A DNA stretch of 29,395 bases, from contig CAZYZC010000001.1 in assembly GCA_964650985.1 (NCBI GenBank), positions 1-29,395 on the forward strand. Reading direction: 5' to 3'. Each line of letters starts with the position of its first letter. Position 1 is the first letter of the stretch. Position numbers and translations under genes: made by a program. The notes under the pieces are model-generated. The model was not told where the DNA came from, made no database searches, and saw only the letters and a program-made list of their open reading frames with translations. Source of the DNA: an uncultured Planctomycetia bacterium. Lineage in GTDB: Bacteria; Omnitrophota; Gorgyraeia; 2-01-FULL-45-10. Shown here in pieces: positions 24,001 to 29,395 of this stretch.

Positions 24001-27000
24001 GGCCTCAACGGTCGCTTTCGACAGGCTGCACGATCTCAAAGCGAGGGCCGGTCAAAAGTATATACAAGCCGGTAAGGTAGCATACGCCAACGTAGACGAG
24101 GTGGACAACGTATTCCTGGAACAGGGCTTGAGCGGATTCCTGCTTTCGGAGAGCCAGGGTGCGCTTAAGTCGGGCGAGGCCGCGGCCTACCGCATAGCCG
24201 ATATGATAGCCAGGGAGATGATTAACGAAGGAGCCGAGATACAGGTCGCCTTGAGGAAAGCGTCTGGGGAAAGCGCGCCGTCCGGAGGGAACCATTACTT
24301 TACCTTCGACATTATAAATAAGAACCTCACCCTTACGGCTGAAGGCAGGCGGGCGTTAAGCGGTATCCTCGGCTCGATCAGGGCCATGCCGCAGATGAAG
24401 AACCTGCCCGAGGTTACCGTAGAAAATGTGCAGAGGGCTCTCGAGGCCCATAAGCTTTACAAGAAGAACGTCCACTACAGGATAAACGTGACTACCGATA
24501 ATAAGGGCGAGCTCGTGATAGTATCTGAAGCGACCGGTCGTGATATGACCGGCCAGAGATGGGAGAACGGGCTGGCCCAGGCGGTGGAAGCAAAAGAGCA
24601 TAAAGATATAAGCAGTATACAGGCCGAAACAAGGACCACCGCCAAGATGCAGATACGCGAACTCATGTTGAAAGGGTATAAGACATTTGGCGCGACGAGC
24701 GGCACCGTGGTCGAGTCGGCCGAAGAGTTTGCCGCGCTTTACGGCAAGGAAGTAACCGATCTGCCCAGCCACTACGCGAAGATACGCATAGATAATGAAA
24801 CTAAGATATTCCGCACCCGCGCCGAAAAGATAAACCAGATGAAGGATCAGCTGGAGTGGATACGTCAAAACCGCTCCGGGGCGCCTATATTGGTCACGTT
24901 CCGCCACATGGACGACGCGCAGGATTTCTATGAGATGCTTAAAAACAAACTTGGTCAAGACTCGATTCAACTTCTGGATGCGTCTTTGGAAGGGCAGGAG
25001 AAGAAGATAGTGGAGACCGCCGGCAAGCCCGGCATGGTCACTATAGCCACCAACATAGCCGGCCGCGCGACGGATATACAGCTCTCCAAGAAAGAGGCCA
25101 TAGAAAAGATGGCTGAAGCGCTGGTCAAGGACGACTCTATGACAGCGGATCAGCTTGCTGAATTCAGGACGCTACTCTCTATTATGGATGCCGACAGGAA
25201 CGCGGAGAACATGGGTAAGAAGGCCGATGACGTCAAGAAATTCTTCAGTGATAATAAAATAAACAGTCCTGAGCTTGAGAGACAGGTAAATGCGACCTTC
25301 GTATACGGTTTACAGCTCATCCGTGAGGTAAACGAGTCCCGCAGGATAGACCGCCAGGCCGACGGAAGATCCGCCAGACAGAACAATCCTGGAGAGACAT
25401 GGTCCTTCATGTCGCTTGAAGGCGACGACCTTAATATACTGACCCAGGGGCTCTATTATGCAGGGAGAAAGTGGAGCCTGAGTAAGGAAAAGCGGGACAG
25501 GTCGACACTTGCAGCTATAAACCGAATCATGCGCAAAGGCGGTGAAATAACTTCCGAGGACCAGCAGTTCATACGCCGCTCGATACGCCGCGCCCAGGAT
25601 AATATTGATAGTATGCACTTTAAGCAGAGGGCCTCCGCCGCTAGATTTAACCTCTTCGACTACAACATGCAGGAGGCGTATCACGACGTAAGGAACGCCG
25701 TGATGGAGAACACACACAGCCTGATAAGCACCGGCGCCATAGTGGACCGCGCGATAGGTATCATCGTAGGAAAGTATAAGAGCGGAGAGATGACCCTCGA
25801 GAATATGCTGGACGTGATAAAGTCGCGCTTCATGGTGGAGCTTACGGATGTCTCCGAAGGGCTGATGAGGCGGCTTGACTCCGAAAGTCTTACGGAGACT
25901 ATCGTAAGCGCCATAAGGGGCAGTAAGAGCGACGGAGAGATACAGCAGGTTATAAACAGGGCCATGGATGATATGTGGGTGGACTTCTTAGGTAAGTCCA
26001 GGAATGTGAAGGCCAGGACGCGCGGGTATCGCGGTTACGCTAAGCAGATGACCAAGGAATTTACGCACCTTATGGTGAATTTTTCGGACAATGTGGCGGC
26101 GGTAGTCGCTACGAGATCCGGCTCTAAAGCGTCCGAGGTCAAAGATGAGGCCGTAGCAGGCGCGCTCTCTGCCGCCGAGATAGCTATAGGCTCCGCTAAG
26201 AGAAAGATGGATCGTGATGTTTCGCCGTCTCAGGAGAGGCATGAGCCCGGCGCGCTCTCAAGAGCATATGGCAGGTTACGCGGGTTAGGCGCCGAACGCA
26301 TGGTTCAGGTCGTTGTACCGATGAGCGCGGCTATGAAGGCTGAAAGCGCCGACGCTTCCCTTCAAGCAACCGGAGTGACTAGAGTATCTCTCGCGGATGC
26401 GGCTAATATGTCCGCCATAAGAGACTCAACGCAAAGGCTTCCGGGTCCATTAGCGGCAATCGACGCCGCCGGTAAAGAGGTATATGCAACTGTATTAAAG
26501 TCTAAAGAGGCCGATGGGGCCGGCTCCATGGCTCTGGCCGCCCGGGCGATCGCAGGAGCGCGCGATGAAAGAGGAGGCATGGAAACAGTCGTCGTATTGA
26601 TACCGCAGGACACCGACGATACTGAAGTAGATGCGATTGTCAGGGATGCGGTATCGAAACTTTCCGTAGATGACAGCTCGATTTATGCGGTGATAGTCCA
26701 AAAAGACGCCGCAGGAAAACTTCATAATACGATCATGGTCATGACCCCGGCCGAGGCCGACGCCATTCTTGCAGGATACGCAGGCCTTACGCCTACATCG
26801 GTCGATGGGCATAGTTTCGGGGCATTCACGGTAAGAGGTAAGGACTTTACGCTCATTACGCTAAGTGACGGCACCAGGGTGATACGCGGCGCGGCGAAAG
26901 GCGTTACCGCCGAAGAAAGAAGGTTCTTGAGGATACTCGATATCCGCGCGAATCCTGCCCGGAACGCGCGCGCCATTGCCGGGCTCAAAGGAAGCCGGGA

Positions 27001-29395
27001 ATACGCAATAGTAGATAAGCTGTTGAAAGCGGGCCTGGTAACGACAAATAGCGACGGCACGATGGCGATAGGCAGGAATAAACAGACCGCCGCGGAATTT
27101 TACGGCATTTTGCGTAAGGCCGGCATCTATTCCGAAGAAATAATCGTTCCAAGCGCCATAGAGCGGTTCATCCTATCGATAGAGAACCTCTTTAAGCGCG
27201 ACGCGTCGGCCTGGCAGAACGAAGGAGCTTTGCCAGAGGCTACAGCGCTCTTAAAGGCCGCCATCTCCGACGATAAGCTTTTCCGCAGACTGCCTCTCGG
27301 TTCGGTAGCCGAAGTCGCCTTAGGTTCGATGACGGTCATCGACGCGATAAGGGGTATAAATGAAGCGGAATTAAATACGCTGCAGCGGCTGTGGAATAAT
27401 GTCATGGGTACCTTTATGCCGCAATTCACGCACCGCTTCGTGATGTTCGGCGGCGAGCAGTGGGGCGTCAGGAACAGGCCGCTCTTCCACGCGTCGTTGA
27501 ACCTTGAGCGCATGGTAAAATCGATCGCTGAAAAGAACAACCGCATGCCTAACGCGGCAGAGATAAGTACCTTCGCTGTGCAGAATCGCATGAACGAACG
27601 TCAGGTTTATGCGCTGCTCGGCCTGGAAGGATTCACCCCTGCGCCTGTTACCAAAGCCATTGAGACCGCTAAGCCCGAAGCAGCAGATGTCAAAGATGAG
27701 ATCCGTTTAGAAGGACTTAATGTGTCGCCGTTATTGGCTGGCCTTGTCAATGATCCTGTCACGGGCAGATTCCTTTCGGAGACACTACATATAAACAGCG
27801 TGTATACATTGGATCCCGCCGTCGCGGCAGGCAAGATATGCGGATTCTGTGTGGAATCCGGGGTCAGGGCCGATGGCACGGTCACCTACAGGGTAGGTGT
27901 GACAGCCGACGCTTCGGCGGATGTAATATTCCACGAGTTACTGCATGCCTTCTGGCGCAACAAGGCATCAATAAGAGAGCACTGGAATATGAAGGGATGG
28001 GGCGAAATAGTCACACTCGACCGTGACATCAAAGATGATAGCTCTCTTAAGAGCGAGGAAGCCTTCTGCGACCTGTTTGAGTGGCAGAGTTTTGTAAAAG
28101 GCGGTATTGACGCAAAAGTCTCTCTTGAAAAACCGGGGGAACGCCTTACCAGGGCTGAAATAACCAAGCGTTCGGAAGAGATACGCAGGTTTTTCAGCGA
28201 TGTATTAGCCATGAATCCGGGTCTGGGAGAAGTTTTAAAACGCCTTAAAGATCAGGAGCCAACCACCGGTAATCGTCCCACTTTCCCGAAGTTGGAAAAT
28301 GTCGCGACTTACGCAAGCTCTTTCGGCGTCGGCGCCATGATACCGGCTTCAAGGAATATATACAGGATAGCCAGGTGGTTAGTGCAGATGCTCATATATG
28401 CCGTGCATGCCGTGCGCGCCGCCGTTAGTCAGAAGGCTATTAGCAAGTCCACCGTAGTTTCGGCCAAGCCGGTCGTTGCAGCCGCGCCGGCGGAACCGGT
28501 CTCTGCTGTAGCCGCTGCTGAAGCAAATATTGTTTCCGGCCTGACGAAGCTCGGCAGGGATGTCGGGTCGAGGGTAATTGCCATAGCTAAAAAGGTACTG
28601 CCGCACGCCATAATACTTCTTTTTATAGTTATGGTTCCGGGATTTGCTACAGCGTTCATAGTCGGCTTCAATACTACCTTTGCGATGGGCGCGGCGGCGC
28701 TGGTTGCAAGCTTCTTGGTTACTGTGCCATTAGGCCTGAAGGCAGGGGTTTTGACGGAGACGTATCTGTTCAATTATCTCAAGACCACTAAATATGTATC
28801 TGCATATAGGGAAGGGCGCAAGGTCACGCTGCATGTTACAAGAAATCTCGGATCCTTAAGGAGCGAAAGATCTCCTTTTAAGGCGATAATTGCCGATACG
28901 CTGCAGGCGGTAAGCGAAACTCTGAGCCGCATAAAGACCGATCCTAAATTTAGGAGCGTAACTTCTATCGAAGCGGTGTCCCCTCTGTTATGGATCTACG
29001 ACAGGGAAAAAGGCAGGGATTACGCCAATCCCGCGTTTGTCAAGGCATTGAGCAGGCTCGGCAGTTACCCGATAACCCCGCGTGATTCGAGCTTCCCGCT
29101 CAATTTTGTCGGCAGGTTGGCGATGCTTTCGCTTGGCGGCGTGAGCAAGATATCCTTAAAGAGCGTATTGGGCGTGTTTTCGCCCACTCCTCTTAAAGAA
29201 GGATCCCTGATAATTGACATCTCAACTCCGGAAAAACGAGCCGAGCTTGAAGAAAAGCTTGCTGTGGTGCTTAGCGCCGCGCCCGGTGTTGCGGTTGCCG
29301 ATAGAGATGCGGCTGTAATGGCGCGCATAGCCGAATCCGCCAAAGCGAAGACCGTATTCGGCCTGACGCAAGCCGGTGTGGCGGAGGCCGCGGCG
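2..29395 (+). CDS. Giant multidomain protein, partial at both ends (at least 9,798 aa): adhesin array, C39-like half domain, helical stalk, beta-rich region, hydrophobic/glycine-zipper region, SecA-family ATPase, HExxH peptidase, TM hairpin
   Basis: I translated frame +2 line by line and found no TAA/TAG/TGA. It begins YPALRAASVIVPDSKSTVLFADDF and ends KAKTVFGLTQAGVAEAAA at exactly nt 29395. Recognisable domains fall in this same frame throughout. No long + strand ORF appears in the ORF track, which is consistent with an open frame lacking a stop (inference about how the track was built). Confidence 0.96.
860..1855 (+). other. GLUG-motif beta-helix block G1
   Basis: N-cap PIGTSANPFRGKFYGNGHTITGL..GNIGLFG, six rungs of the type AGGLAG/AGGLVG...I..S.A.G.V, and C-cap KTTDEMKDPATYVGWDFTDIW..GSYPTL. 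These match the GLUG-repeat domains of surface proteins. Confidence 0.9.
2717..3712 (+). other. GLUG-motif beta-helix block G2 (copy of G1)
   Basis: Same translation as G1 at an offset of 1,857 nt. Confidence 0.9.
4583..5746 (+). other. GLUG-motif beta-helix block G3 (divergent, nine rungs)
   Basis: PIGTAADPFMGRFYGNGYTITGL..DNTGLFG, nine rungs such as SVGGLVGYNLNSSVDDSYARCAV and AVGGLAGYNENSEIRSSFATGTV, and cap MKIPATYQGWDFSELW..GRYPFF. Confidence 0.9.
5846..6049 (+). other. C-terminal half of a C39-family (papain-like) peptidase domain
   Basis: YSAYRDASFEALREAVASGAPVIAYLEPGHYVAVVGVDEFGSVSLIENNRPVGVSRTQFESKWSGIML matches the C39 pattern L....P.I......H(F/Y)VV...d....i.(D)......s..eF...WsG..L. 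His is at 5933-5935 and an acidic residue (Glu) is at 5984-5986. No catalytic Cys motif lies immediately upstream. Confidence 0.75.
6086..6121 (+). other. Internal double-glycine-type leader/cleavage motif MSSSEALAVRGA
   Basis: Aligns position by position with the C39 substrate consensus LSxxELxxIxG(G/A) and lies 12 residues after the C39-like WSGIML. Confidence 0.6.
8684..8749 (+). other. Tandem DxNxN(G/D)xxDxGE EF-hand-like calcium-binding loop motif
   Basis: EDLNRNDVFDEGEDVNVNGIFE: one 12-residue loop (D1, N3, N5, D9, E12) followed by a partial second loop. Confidence 0.5.
8873..12601 (+). other. Long Ala/Leu/Glu-rich alpha-helical (coiled-coil or helical-bundle) region
   Basis: Long runs poor in Pro and aromatic residues with heptad-like character, e.g. 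LTAAEEAYAKAAAAEKSIEEAVDAAKEHRDLIQELI and AKAAADKADAALGTALEAKKGADNVRDRI. They are broken by short non-helical inserts near 10150-10550 and 11430-11680. Confidence 0.7.
18482..20143 (+). other. Gly/Ala-rich hydrophobic region with several candidate membrane-inserting helices, including a glycine-zipper hairpin at 18827-18964
   Basis: CAVIGMFAGVILGSPIPVLGNVAGGIIGFVIGAVVGVLLGAGLSV, with further apolar segments at 19217-19294, 19475-19600 and 19781-19843. Confidence 0.75.
23522..26110 (+). other. secA: Embedded full-length SecA-family translocase ATPase (NBD1, PPXD, NBD2, HSD, HWD, IRA1); a domain of the giant protein, not a stand-alone gene
   Basis: Q-motif TPFAEQ; Walker A TGEGKT (23741-23758); motif Ia region ALMGGGVHQMVQSDFHADRD; Walker B DEVD (24095-24106); PPXD TGRDMTGQRWENGLAQAVEAKE (24533-24598); SGT (24698); motif V ATNIAGRATDI (25046-25078); motif VI ESRRIDRQADGRSARQ (25334-25381); scaffold RRAQDNID (~25592); IRA1 MDDMWVDFL...RGY (25964-26038). 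About 863 aa, similar in length to canonical SecA. Confidence 0.93.
27782..28222 (+). other. Zincin-like HExxH metallopeptidase domain
   Basis: GFCVES...YRVGVTADASADVIFHELLHAFW, with HELLH at 27932-27946. Downstream EEAFCD (28055-28072) resembles the third-ligand helix of gluzincin-type enzymes. Confidence 0.7.
28595..28738 (+). other. Predicted transmembrane hairpin
   Basis: VLPHAIILLFIVMVPGFATAFIVGFNTTFAMGAAALVASFLVTVPLGL is 48 residues with no D, E, K or R, flanked by KK upstream and K downstream. Confidence 0.7.

Noticed and set aside
23522-26110. A stand-alone housekeeping secA gene
   Set aside because: There is no stop before or after it and no intergenic DNA. It is in frame with the adhesin array, strongly diverged, and lacks a SEC-C tail.
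1594-28026. Short + strand ORFs in other frames (1594-1950, 3451-3807, 4507-4872, 14562-14834, 19549-19779 and others)
   Set aside because: They overlap the giant ORF out of frame, have Arg-rich shadow composition and show no protein family features.
143-29343. About 90 minus-strand ORFs in the track, up to 274 aa (e.g. 21469-22293, 143-829, 24356-24970)
   Set aside because: They are antisense shadows of the frame +2 gene. Their translations show no recognisable domains, and they duplicate exactly where the + strand repeats do.
2-29395. Stop-codon reassignment as the explanation for the missing long ORF
   Set aside because: Frame +2 contains no TAA, TAG or TGA, so the standard code suffices. 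The omission is explained by the ORF running off both ends.
1-29395. tRNA, rRNA, promoters, terminators
   Set aside because: The window is entirely coding. I saw no cloverleaf, rRNA-like sequence or hairpin-plus-U-tract in an intergenic context.

Overview
The whole window is the interior of one giant gene. Frame +2 (nt 2..29395, 9,798 codons) has no stop codon in my manual translation and runs off both ends. The supplied ORF track does not list it, and nearly all listed ORFs are antisense or out-of-frame shadows. From N to C the protein contains: (1) an adhesin-like array of jelly-roll-type beta-sandwich modules (B) and GLUG beta-helix blocks (G), arranged BBG-BBG-BBG, with a ~1.5-kb apparently perfect duplication; (2) only the C-terminal (His-containing) half of a C39-type peptidase, followed directly by an internal double-glycine-type leader motif; (3) about 1,240 aa of Ala-rich helical stalk; (4) about 1,750 aa of beta-hairpin-rich sequence; (5) a Gly-rich hydrophobic region with a long glycine-zipper hairpin; (6) a complete ~860-aa SecA-family ATPase with intact motifs and the helical scaffold/two-helix finger; (7) an HExxH zinc metallopeptidase domain; (8) a transmembrane hairpin. 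The architecture suggests a giant surface or contact-dependent delivery protein carrying its own SecA translocation motor. It resembles the giant proteins of Omnitrophota, but that taxonomy is inference. No RNA genes, CRISPR arrays, mobile elements or intergenic DNA were seen.
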